Source: Glaucostegus cemiculus (Eukaryota). From it: 64,000 nt of DNA. Positions 37,600 to 49,328 of this stretch are shown here, in pieces. The notes below the pieces were generated by a model. That model was not told the origin of the DNA. It was given only the letters and a program-made list of their open reading frames with translations, and searched no databases. The first letter of the stretch is position 1. Every line of letters starts with the position of its first letter. The translations under genes and the position numbers were made by a program. The stretch lies in the NCBI GenBank assembly GCA_976551045.1, contig CDPCPM010000241.1, positions 7,626,001 to 7,690,000 of the forward strand. Direction: 5' to 3'.

Positions 37600-38950
37600 A
37601 ACATCACCAATAGCCTGTCCTGGTCCAACCACATAGACGCTACGGCCAAGAAAGCTCACCAATGCCTCTACTTCCTCAGGAGGCTAAAAATATTTGGCAT
37701 GTCCCCTTTGATACTCACCAATTTTTATCGATGCACCATAGAAAGCATCCTATTTGGATGCATCATGGCTTGGTATGGCAACTGCTCTGCCCAGGACCAT
37801 TAGAAAATGCAGAAAGTTGTAGACACAGCCCAGCGCATCACAGAAACTAGCCTCCCCTCCTTGGACTCTGTCTTTACCTCTCACTGCCTTGGTGCAGCAG
37901 CCAGCATAATCAAAAACCCCACCCACCCAGGTCATTCTCTCTTCTCTCCTCTCCTATGAGGCAGAAGATACAGGAGCCTGAGTACACATACCACCAGGCT
38001 CAAAGACAGCTACTACCCCACTGTGATAAGACTATTGAATGGTTCCCTTTTACGATGAGATGGACTTGTTTGACCTTGCACCTTATTGTCTACCTGCAAT
38101 GCACTTCCCCGTAGCTGTGACATTCTGTTATTGTTTTTACCCTGTACTACCTCAATGCACTCAGTACTACCTCAGTGCACTGTGCAATGAATTGATCTGT
38201 ACAAATGGTATGCAAGACAAGTTTTTCACTGTCCCTTGGTATAAGTCGTCGGAGCTCGTCGGAGGCGGCAGCGTCTTGAAGGCCCGGGAGCCTCGTGGTG
38301 GCGTCGGGATGCGGGCGGTGAGGGGGCTGCTCGGGCCGGAGGTGGTCGGCCTGCGGAGTCGGAATTCGGGTCGGAGGTCGTCGGACTGCGAGGCCGGAAT
38401 TCGGGCCGGAGGTCGTCGGACTGCGGAGCTGGAATTCGGGTCCGGAGGTCGTCGGACTGCGGAGTCGGAGGCGAAGGTGCCGGAGGTGGTCGGACTGTGG
38501 GCTGTGGTGCCGGAGGCGTAGGAGCCGGAGGTGGTCGGACTGTGGGCCGGAGGTGGTCGGACTGTGGGCCGGGGGTTGTTGATGGTCTGTGGGCCCTGAG
38601 GTTGTAGGACTGGGGGGGTTGGAGGTGGTCGTCGGTGCGGGGTGAGGCAGGGGGGCTGTTAATGTTTTGATGTTTTTGTCCAGGTGTCCTTTGTTGTCTT
38701 TGATGTCTTTTGCACATGTATACGTGTAAGTGAATTTAAGTTCAATCCCCTTAGCTTTTAAGGTGTAATGATCTATACTATGTATTCTGCCAAGTGTGTA
38801 TGTGTCTCTGTTGGTTGTTATGTCATTTTTTTGTATGGGACGAGACCATGAGGAGGACGGTATATTGCTCCTCTGCATACTTTGTATGTATGTGGTTGTG
38901 ACAATAAAACTGATTCTGAAGTGACAATAATAAACCAGTACCAATACCAA
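37600..38950 (+). mobile_element. Rex1-like LINE 3' fragment with nested insertion at 38247-38918
   Basis: Encodes degraded LSWSNHIDATAKKAHQCLYFLRRL, FYRCTIESIL, WYGNC; ends gtgacaataataaaccagtaccaatacc. Confidence 0.8.
38325..38635 (+). repeat. GC/CpG-rich imperfect minisatellite (core gccggaggt[g/c]gtcggactg[c/t]gg)
   Basis: About nine recognisable copies of the core with variable spacers, including ggaattcggg. Confidence 0.9.
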
Positions 38951-41218
38951 TAATTATCCTTTCTGTTTCTAAAGAAGTAAGTACAAACTGAGATATCTGG
39001 TCAAATTTCTTTTTAGAAAGGCATAATTCTGGAGTTGATTGCAGTTCAAATGGGAGGGGCTGAAAAATTCCTTAGTGCTGAGGCGGAATATATTATTTTC
39101 TGGATTTTTCTCTTTTTCTTGCACTCTGTAAACATCTGAATTAGTTCTGGAGGTGCTTCTTCTAGACAACCACCCTATTGCACCATCTTAATAATTTTTC
39201 TCTAAGCTTCTGAAAAATTGTTTATAATTTATGTTTTTCATGTGAATGCTGCTTTTTTGATGCTACGTGCCTGTGATACTGCTGCAAGTAAGTTTTTCAT
39301 TGCACCTGTGCAAACATGTACTTGTGCATATGACAACAAACTCAACTTTGGCTTTGACCCTTATCTTGAAATGGCAAAGGTGAGGCAAGAGACTTTATAT
39401 CAGCCCTATACCACTGCTCATGTGTGATTATTCAAATTGTGCTAAAGACTGAGTGGTTGTAGTTTTCAGAAACATGACAATATCTATGTTTGCAGACCAG
39501 AAGTGCAGACTGTTGATTTCTAGTAACAAAATGTTAAGTTCCTTTAACAAACTAACTGTGACTACACCAGAAACATTAGCCTTTCAATATGGACATTACA
39601 CACTGACTATATGCGTAAAATACCAATAGCAAATGTGACATCCCATTTTAGCTCACTTGCGCTCATCTCCTCAAAGAAACTACTCTCTTCTAATCTTTTT
39701 TTATTTTCTAAATAGAGAAACCATGACTAAAAGTAAAGAAATGGCAACATGCAGTACTGAAATGGTATGAATTAAAGACCAAGAGAGGATAATACGACAG
39801 GTGAAGGGACTGAATTTTAGAGGGATAAGATGAACCTTTGCATTCTGAAGAGGAATCAGTTAGGCGAGGCCTTCCTTGAAGTTTCTGATGAATCAAATTG
39901 AGTCATTGGGACAAAATCAGATTGTTACAATTCACCAAAAGATGTAGGACCAGAATACAGAAGAGCAAATTGTTTTGATATGATTTTATATAGCTTTGGA
40001 CTGGGTTGAGAGATGGTCGGTGATACACTATTGTAGAGCTGATGCACAATGCAGTAAATGAAATGCAGGAGAACACCGAGATCTTCAGAACATGAGCCCT
40101 TTATTGAAGATGTACTCATTTACATTACAGATATATTACACTGCTTTCCCACTTTGAAAGGCCATTTCATATGTGTACAGGCATTACATGTTCAGTCCAT
40201 TTACTGTTTTTCTCAGATGCTTGGGCCTTTCTGACTGTGTTTGAGACTCTGGTCCTGCAGTGATTTTCTGATCTAAAAATGTATGACATCCTGACTCAAC
40301 GCACTGTTGACTTATGTCTCCTCTTCAGTTCTGGTTCTATATTCTAAAATAAATTTATTTTCACATATTTTTCCAATATGTTCTTGTATTTCACTCATTT
40401 CATTCAATTAGATACTGTCCAACTTAAGTTTTCCTCCATTTGAACAAGAGATCATTTCATACTGCAGAGCTGTATTATCTCACAACTGTTTCCCACTTCT
40501 GCACTTCATTATATTCATTGGTTTTAGTCCATTCACTCTCATCCGTTGTTTGTACAGCTTCTCTTGGCCTCTTCCCAATAAGTTGTTAGGATGTGAGTCG
40601 TGATTTTGCTTTTGTTTCAACTATCATCCCACCACCCTCTCCTCTAAGCTGGGTTGCAGTAAACTCATCTGTACTCAGAGTCTGTGACACATCAGCTGCT
40701 CCACCGGGGTGTCCAATGGTGGAATGTGGCATTGTGCACTGCTAGAGTTGAAATTAACTAATGATAACTTACAGTCAGTGTCAAACAATTTTGGGATACT
40801 TCTCTCTTTACAGGTTCCCTGAGAGTGCATACTGACCTTGTGGCTGCAGTATTAGAAGCTAGGTGGTGTGGGAGAAAAAAAAGTATATTTGATACCATTG
40901 CTTTGTACAGAACACTCAAACAACTATGTACTGTACATTTGATACCAATTCTCTAAGCATACCACATGTTGTGAAAAGTGATCTCTGCTCCTCAGTGGTG
41001 CATTTGGCTGTTGTGCATGAATTCTGTTTCTGTGGGACTGCCAGATTAGTAAACTAGTGAAAGCTCTTGGAGCCAATCTATGTGAATAGACTAACCTTCT
41101 GCTACTTTCTTAAGGCAATAATCTATGCCTGCTTATTTTCAATATAATCATCTCCTTCCAGAATACTAATTGATGTAAAGAACATTTCCATTCTCTACAT
41201 ATATGAAAGACTCAGATG

Positions 41219-41940
41219 ATTGAATGTATGTTCCTGGGCTTTCTATGTCTGCACTTGAGCCACCATTTTGTCTTGTTCCTCCCTGAATACTGACATTGAT
41301 ACAAGGCACCTCTCCACTATGTTCAAATCTTTTGTGCTTCCTCCAGTTATTGCCATTGCTTTGTTGTTCACAATGCTACTGATGACTGCTGCCTTTTTAA
41401 TGGCTGCTGCTTGACCAATGGACATAGCTTTACTGACTCACTGTGCACCAGCAGTTGTCAAATCTTCAATGTCCCAACCACTTTGTCTTCCCTGACTTGG
41501 AATGGCCTGGATTTTTCAATTCTCTGGTCAGTGCTATCAATCTGCAATTATCGGCAAATTCTTCAATTCTTTTTCTTGCCCCAGTACATGTTGAGTTTTG
41601 GCGCTCCTCATCACAAATTGTAGTATATTTGGAGGATGGGTGTTATTGCAGAGCTGGTGAGCATCACATTAAATAAACACGAGGAAACACCAGAAGCTTT
41701 AGAATATATGCTAACACTTTTAGTAAAGATTAACAACTGCCACGTGTGCTTACATCACACATACGATTATGTCACTGCATCAGAAGCATATGTAACTGCT
41801 TAACATACTTCCATACAGAAATACCACAGACACAAGACTAACATCATTATTGAACGTATGTTCCTGGGCTTTCTATGTCTGCACTTGAGCCACCATTTTG
41901 TCTCGTTCCTCCCTGAATACTGACATTGATACAAGGCACC
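41219..41940. repeat. 92-bp direct repeat (41219-41310 and 41849-41940)
   Basis: attgaa[t/c]gtatgttcctgggct...gatacaaggcacc twice, 630 bp apart, 2 mismatches. Confidence 0.95.
41311..41843 (-). mobile_element. Gypsy-like LTR (41619-41843), PBS-like site and degraded gag start
   Basis: 225-bp segment bounded by TGTAGT...ACTAACA. On the minus strand it is followed by atttgtgatgagga and ...agaattgaagaattt (RIEEF), resembling recalled fish Gypsy gag starts. Confidence 0.5.
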
Positions 41941-42547
41941 ACTCAAAATGACTCAAAGGGCAATAAATGCTTGAAATAATTTCACACAGAATGAAAAGCA
42001 CTGGAGTTATGCCACAAAAAGTGGGATATATTGGATGTAATTCAGTGACATTGCACTGTGTGTATTGCAGAATTTTCCATCCATATATATTTCTGGTAAA
42101 ATTTCCTGAGGGTGGTGCCTTTTGGACTATTATCATGAATCTCAATTACCAAACTGACTTAACTTTTTAAGCTAAAAATAAACATATCTAAACAATTTTA
42201 GCTGATTTTAGAGACTGTTTACAGAGATCATTGGATTTTGAATGCTGTTACTGAAGAATGTTTGTCATTTGTATCTATTTTTGAGACTCGTGACAAGTGT
42301 TTATTATAGGTCAGAGAACCACCCATGTTATTCCTTATGGTCAGCTGGATGATGAATAAGGACAGCAGCAATACACTAGGAAATACATATTATAATATTC
42401 TGCTATTAGACATTTCAGGCCACTAATATTCAAGAAAGGATCAGTATTTGTCTGTTCATCTATAATCTAGTATTTGCTATCATTTAGAACTATTGGAATA
42501 CCAACTGACATTTAAAATAATTTTTTTTTATTATTTTGTTTTTACAG

Positions 42548-42623
42548 CAAAGCATGTTGCAATCAATCTTCTAGAATTGTGAAAAGAAGAGATTTTCATG
42601 AATTAAAACACGTCAGATTAAAC
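42548..42623 (+). promoter_or_regulatory. STON1 5' UTR part of the ATG exon, with two uORFs
   Basis: Long T-rich acceptor ending tttacag at 42547. uORFs at 42554-42574 (MLQSIF*) and 42598-42606 (MN*). Confidence 0.7.
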
Positions 42624-44382
42624 ATGTGTTCTGCCAGTTATCCAAACTGGGTTACTTTCGATGATGATTCTGCTTTCCAGTCACCGAAAGGGTCCTTCGA
42701 ATCAGATAGTGGGCTCAAAGGATTCAAATCCAGTGGCTTGGTCTTAAGTCTTTCCTCTCAACATGAAACAGCCTGGAGATCTGCCTCTGAAAGTAGCACA
42801 CCTCTTTCTTCACATTGCACAAGCTTTCCTTGCACCCCAACTTATGGGCTTCAGACACCGATTACACCAAGCTCACCCAAGGATAACTACTTATTTAAGA
42901 TAGAGGAACAAACACAAACCAATCACTTCCATTCACACAACAATGAGAATGGATACACCAACCCTTTTTGGAATCAGCGATGTATTTTATGGACTGATGC
43001 TGCTCAGTGTGAAAAGGAGAGTAACCACCCTAATAAAACATCAGGTGTTAATGCAACAAACACTTTTCTTCATGAAAACCATCCACCAAAGGAAATAAAA
43101 GGACACCATCAAGTCCAGAGCAATTCCCCGCTGATGGCCCTTTGCCAAAAGCTTGAAAAAATACAAGCAGAGGACTTACATTTGTCACAGAGTTCATCAG
43201 CAGGAAGCAAGCTGCTAAATACACAACTGTCTTCATCTGTTGGTAGAGATCTCTTCAGACATGAATGCAAAGATGGTTGGCCTTTAATGATGAGGATCCC
43301 TGAAAAGAAGAACATGATGTCTTCTCGTCAATGGGGTCCAATCTATCTCAAGCTCCTAGCTGGTGGTATTTTACAATTATATTATGAGCAGGGCCTTGAA
43401 AAGCCCTTTAAAGAATTGCAGTTGCAACCTTACTGCAGGCTCTCAGAACCCAAACTGGAGAACTACAAGGAGTCAGGAAAAATCCACACAGTGAAGATTG
43501 AACATGTGTCGTACACAGAAAAACGCAAGTATCATCCAAAACCTGAAGTCCTGCATGAGGCAGAGATTGAGCAGGTGTTGAAGTTTGGAACAACTGACTA
43601 CAGGGACATCACAGACTTCATTGCTGCAGTTGAAGAGGAACTAATGAAGCTGCCTCTCCTAACACAGCGAAGAAAGACCTACGAAGAGCAAGAAATGACA
43701 CTCAAGATAACAGATCACTTCTGGGGAACATTTACAAAGGAAGGAAAACTCTTTGAAAATTCAGTAATGACTCACATTCATTGTTTGTGCTTCATTAATG
43801 GCAATGTTGAATGTTTCTTAACTCTTAATGACTTACAGCTTCAAATTAAAGACCACAGTTACTTAAAAAATGATATGGATAGCATATGGATTCAGATCTG
43901 TGATTACCATGTTCATAAGTGTGTGAAAGAAAACGAGTTTGAGAAATCCAGAATCATTAGATTTACTCCTCCTGATGCCTGTAGAGTGGAGCTGATGCGA
44001 TTTAAAACAGTCTGTGATAATCCTGAGCTTCCCTTTTTGCTAAAGGGTCTGGTTACAGTTCATGGAGCCTACACAGAATTGCAGGCATTTCTAGTCATGT
44101 CCTCTGCTTATTCCAATCTACAAAACATGCTGCCTTCCAAGTACTGTGAAAATGTGATGATACGCTTTCCTGTTCCTTTGGCTTGGTCCAAAATATTTCG
44201 CACTGTTCACCTCTTCCGACAGAAGTCCTTGAAAGCTAAAAAGAATCGGAATGCTCGACTTGGCTCTGTTAGCACATCAGGTGGTGAGCCAGTTATGCAA
44301 GTCACCATTGGCACTGCTAAGTATGAACATGCTTTCAGGGCAATTGTCTGGAGAATTGATAGCCTACCTGACAAGAATGCAG
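42624..44382 (+). CDS. STON1: Stonin-1 first (large) coding exon: N-terminal low-complexity region, stonin homology domain, most of the mu-homology domain
   Basis: Starts MCSASYPNWVTFDDD (recalled human MCSTNPGKWVTFDDD). Contains RIPEKKNMMSSRQWGPI, KIEHVSYTEKRKYH, FTPPDACRVELMRFKT, LPDKN. Donor G|gtattt at 44383, phase 1. Syntenic with PPP1R21. Confidence 0.96.
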
Positions 44383-46693
44383 GTATTTTCCATAATATAA
44401 TTGCAGAAAGTCAGCATGTGGAAACTGGAACAGCTGGTGAATATCAACCTGATGATATGCACATAGGCGCTGATTCCCAATCATAATATAAGAATTTTAC
44501 ACATACTATATGCTATTGAATTGACAGTGTTAAATCTTGAATGCTCAAACTTACACTTATTACAAGATTTTAAACTGTATCTGCTAAAGTATAAAATAAT
44601 GATTATAGCGGTTAAGAAGGACCAATGCCTTTTACTTACATTAATTACTCATTAGTGGTTGTTAGTTCATCTTTGATAAATAGAAAAAGCTGCCAAATGC
44701 TAAGTATGAACAAAGGGTCCATGTAGGCCCCTATCTCTGTTCCACCAATTTTCACAGACATGTACCTCTTTCCTAAAATTAACAAAGTCAGGAATTTTAG
44801 TCACAGAATAACTGCTGTAAACTTAAACAAAAGGCACACTAGCCATCATGTTCCAAAATCATTTTGAAAAGAAGACTTCAACAAAGAACTAAAGGTTGAT
44901 ACATGTTTCCCACTTTTCAAGAAAGTGGGTAAACTATAAACCATCAATTCTTTCTTCAGTTTTTTTTATATTCATTCAAGGGATGTGGGCTTTGCAGGCT
45001 GAGTCAGCAGTGTATTGTCCATCCCTAGCTACCCTTGAGAAGGTAGTGCTGGGTTTCATCTTGAGCTGCTGCTTTTATTTAGAAATTTGTAAACTTGAGA
45101 AATTTTTCCATGGTTCCTTACTCTAGCCATGCTTTGAAGGGGTCACCAACCATGTGATCAAAGCTCAGAGCTGTTAAGTGTTTAAATTACTTCACCCAAT
45201 GTTACTTTATTTTAATGTTTTAAGTTTTTTGTTTGTAGATTCTGGTGTGATTAATTTTCCTTTTTCATATTTAAACAGTTTTATTTTTTAATTATCTAAA
45301 TCTTGAACTGTTTCTGAAAGATTATTGGACCCATTTAAAAAAAAACACTTCAAGCCTCAGTAGTATGTTGCCTGAAGCCTGCTTGCCCCTCGAAGGCAGC
45401 TTTGTTTTGAGGATGCAGACTACCAGGTCTCTTGGTACTCTGTATCCATTCAAGGGAAATGTGAGCAGGCACTATGGCTGGTGAGCAGGTAGCTGCCTGG
45501 CTCCAGTGCTTTCTGGCCTAGAGTTATTAGTCCCATTGGGATTTTGGCACAGGACGGACAAAACCTTCCTTAAAGGGTATGGAAAGGTGCGTGTCCATTT
45601 TCTACCCTGTAGTAAGGGTGGATTACTTGCGATTTTTCTCCTTTGTATAGAAAGATTATAATTATTAAGGCAGTTCTGTCATTTATTTAGTGAATTTGAT
45701 ATAACTTTCTTCAGGATTATAATCTTCCTATGCAAAGGAGCAAAAAAAAGACTAAACTACACCTACTGAATAATTGAGAGCTTGTCCTTCCTGGTGCCAC
45801 ATCTTATAAATTCCATCTTCCTAGCTGTAAGTATGTTTCTACATTTAAAATGTACCTTTTGTACTTGTTTTGAAATGGAAACAGAACTCTGCCTATGCTT
45901 TATCTACATAATGCAGACAATGCAAGTTCGAACAATAGGGATGATTTATTGGACTCTTAGACACAAGTGGCATTGATGCTGAATTCACAGTGATAGGAGG
46001 GCAAGTTTTACAATTTCATTATGGAGTTCATGAACTTAGACAAGGCATTTAAAGGATGAAGTTCCTCTTTGCTACTTTTAATTCAATAACATATTTAAAT
46101 AATGCCTTTATTGTAACAGCCAAATGTCTCCCTGAGGGTTATCAAACAAATTGGACACTGAGGTACAACTGATACAGCTGACCAAAGGCTTGGTTGAAGA
46201 TAGCTTTTAAGAGTATTTTAAAGGAGGAAAGAGGTAGAGAGATGGTAATATTTGGGAAGGAGGGAAATGCAAAGCTCAGATGGTTGACGGTTTTAAATCA
46301 TAGAAGCCAGTGGTGGAGCAATGAGATTTGGAAATGATCAAGAGGTTAGAATTGGAGGAACAATCAGAAAGTAAAATCAAATTAACTCACCACTTGTATC
46401 ATGGAAAATAGAACCCACCATAGATGTGGCAATTAATAAAACATTGGTCGATTAATGTACTCGTTACAATGGAAGCAATAACATAAAATAATTACAGTTA
46501 AAACTGGATTTTTACCCTACTACTTTAATAGATGGTGTTTTTAAGGATATTTGAGTAATTTAAAGATATAACCATCTTGTTAGTTGAAAGTTGTAATGAA
46601 TATGGACTTTTTTTGTACCTAAACAACATTAAGGTCAACTCATTCCTTCTCACCTCATTGCGTGATAATGAATTCTCTCATTTCACTCTACAG

Positions 46694-46896
46694 CATCTGA
46701 CCATCCACATTGTTTTACTTGCAAACTTGAGCTGGGTTCAGACCAGGAAATACCTTCGGAGTGGGAGCCATTTGTCGCTGTGGAATTTGAGGTGCCTGAT
46801 TCATCAGCTTCCAAAACGAAAGTGAAGTCATTTGGCACGGGGAGTGACATCCAGCCAGAGAAATGCATTCACCTAAAAGCTCTATACCACTACCAG
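46694..46896 (+). CDS. STON1: Stonin-1 second coding exon ((A)SDHPHCFTCKLELGSDQEIPSEW...KALYHYQ)
   Basis: Acceptor ctctacag, donor gttggt at 46897; 203 bp, phase 1 to 0. Matches recalled human DHPHCLSYKLELGSDQEIPSDW. Confidence 0.95.
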
Positions 46897-47273
46897 GTTG
46901 GTTGCGTTGCCATCTTCTACTCTGAAATTTGTTTGTTTGGTAAATTGCCAATCTATTTTTGCAAAACAAGTTTGATCATTTCTAAATCTAATTGTTCCAC
47001 TGTTGGTGGCTGTGCTGTTAGCTCTCAAGCACCGAAGGTTTGCAATTCTCTCTACCCAAACCCCACTGCCTCTCCACTGCTTTCTTGTTTAAACCTGTTG
47101 ACCTGCTAATTATAGCACTTCCTAAAGTGAACTGTATGGTTCTGAGGTCAGGACAGAACTTTATATTTCTTCATTTTCAGACATAATTCATGAGTTGTGG
47201 ATACAATCTGAAAAGTTTTTCCTAATTTTTCTTGCTCTTTTCCTTGGTATCTTTATTCTGCCTTGATCCACTT

Positions 47274-48262
47274 ATCAGAATCAGAATCAGTTTTTATTGT
47301 CACTACTATATACACATTCAGTATGCACAGGAGCGAAATACTGTACTCCAAGATCAAGGTGCTCGTCACATTAAAAAAAGAAACAAACAATGAGAGACAC
47401 AAAGACAAAAAGACACCAAAAACATTGGAACCACAAAATTAAATAGCGACTCAAATAAACAATCTTAAAATGAGCGTACTGACAATGGACATCTAAAGTG
47501 CTAGTGCATTTCTGTATGCCTATAATAGCATCCTTTGGTGTTGGCGGGAGGGATGGAGTGTTGAAGGAGTTCACAGTTCTGATAGCTTGTGGGAAGAAGC
47601 TATTGCACAGTCTGGTAGTCCTTGCCCGGATACACTGGAGCCTTCTTCCAGATGACAAGAGTGTGAAGAGGTGGTAGGAGGGGTGAGAAGGGTCCGACAT
47701 TATGTTTGTGACCTTTCTGACACATCGGTCCTTATATATATCCGTAATAGAGGGTAGAGAGACACCTATGATCTTCTCTGCCGCTCTCACTACTCTCTGC
47801 AGGGACTTCCATCCAGCAGCTGAGCAGCTCCCATACCAGATGGTGATGCAGTGTGTCAGGATACTCTCAATGGTCCCTCTATAAAAGTTTTCATAATCGA
47901 AGGATGGGAGTTCACTTTCCTCAGTCTCCGCAGGAAGTAGAGGCATTTCTGGACTTTCTTGGTGAGGGCTATGGTGTTAATAGACCAATGCAGGTCATCA
48001 GCGATGTGCACCCCCAGGAACTTGGTGCTACTGACTTGTTCCACCGCAGACCCGTTGATGGTCAGCGGGGCGTGCACACGGCGACCTCTCCTGAAATCCA
48101 CTACCATCTCCCTGGTTTTTTCCACATTCAGGGAGAGGTTGTTGTTGCTGCAACCACATGGCCAGTTGCTTCACCTCCTCTATAGTTTGTCTCATTGTGG
48201 TTCGTGATGAGACCCACCACTGTCGTGTCATCAGCGAATTTAACAATGTGGTTGAAGAGATA
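47274..48262 (-). mobile_element. Rex1/Rex-Babar-like LINE 3' fragment
   Basis: Highly similar to 10820-11712; includes a KFADDT-coding region near 48220-48245; (CTGATT)n tail. Confidence 0.85.
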
Positions 48263-49328
48263 TGAGGATTTTATGATTCCCATACAAATTTTACTGGCTC
48301 AGGTGTCCTCATGCTCTAAATCTCAGATCTGTCCCTTAATTTGCACCATGGTTCATTGATTGTGATGACACTGTGCCTCACCCTCTAGTTCCCACAGGAG
48401 CATCTCTTCCTGAATGCTCATTATCATCTTTTTGTCTTGACCTTGTATTCTTGGTGCTCCAAACTTAAAGAATCAAATAATTTTGCAGTAAAGAATGGGG
48501 CCTTTTAAAAGTGTTTGTAGATTCTGCTTAAAATACTAATTTAATTGCCAGGTAAGTTTTTGCAGATAATTGTTGCAAATTGGCCGTTTTTGATTATTTT
48601 GGACTTTGAATTCATGATGCCAATGAGGTCATCAACCTGAAAAGTTAACTGTTTCTTTTCTCATGAATGCTGCCTGATCTGCTGAGTGTTTCCAGCATTT
48701 TCTGATTTTTCTTTCAGATTTCTATTATCTGAAGATTCTGATTTTCATGAAGCTTCTTACTTATTGTCGTATATCCAGCTCACCATTTGATTGTGATTCA
48801 CAGTAGAATTTCTGATTCATGAGAAACAGTTAATGCTTTGTGTTAACGGCCTATCATCAGAATATGTTACAAACACATGTGAGTCTGAAGCATGATACAA
48901 GTTTGAATTCAAAGCGTCATGCCTCATGAGGCATTCTTCTATTTGGGATCATTTCAGTTATCTTAACTATTAACAGAAATTTCACTTTGTGTGGTTCACT
49001 GTATTCTACAAGATTAAGATAGTCATGAAGGCTCCTTAAATGTCTCCATTATCTTTCTTACAGAGCACTGCATTAAAGAATATGATAGCAGTGCAGAGGA
49101 GATAGAGGAAATTTATAAGCTGTTGCCATGTGAGGAGAAATGTAATTATAAGGACAGATTGGCTAGGCTAGGGTTATTTTCTTTAGACCAGAGATACTTG
49201 TAGCACTTGACATATGTGATCTACAAGTCTGTGGACCAAAAGCTGGAAAATGGGATTAGTTTGTAATTGTTAGTCAGGATGACTTTTTTCAATGCATGAA
49301 TTTCTCTCAATGTTTTGATACCTATAGA

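Noticed and set aside
38147-38950. 267-aa Pro/Ser/Thr-rich ORF and overlapping ORFs
   Set aside because: Open frames arise from the stop-poor GC-rich tandem repeat and cross TE boundaries.
42579-44486. 635-aa ORF as a single-exon gene
   Set aside because: The track start is an upstream GTG; homology starts at ATG 42624 and ends at the donor 44383. The final GIFHNII...SQS is intronic read-through.
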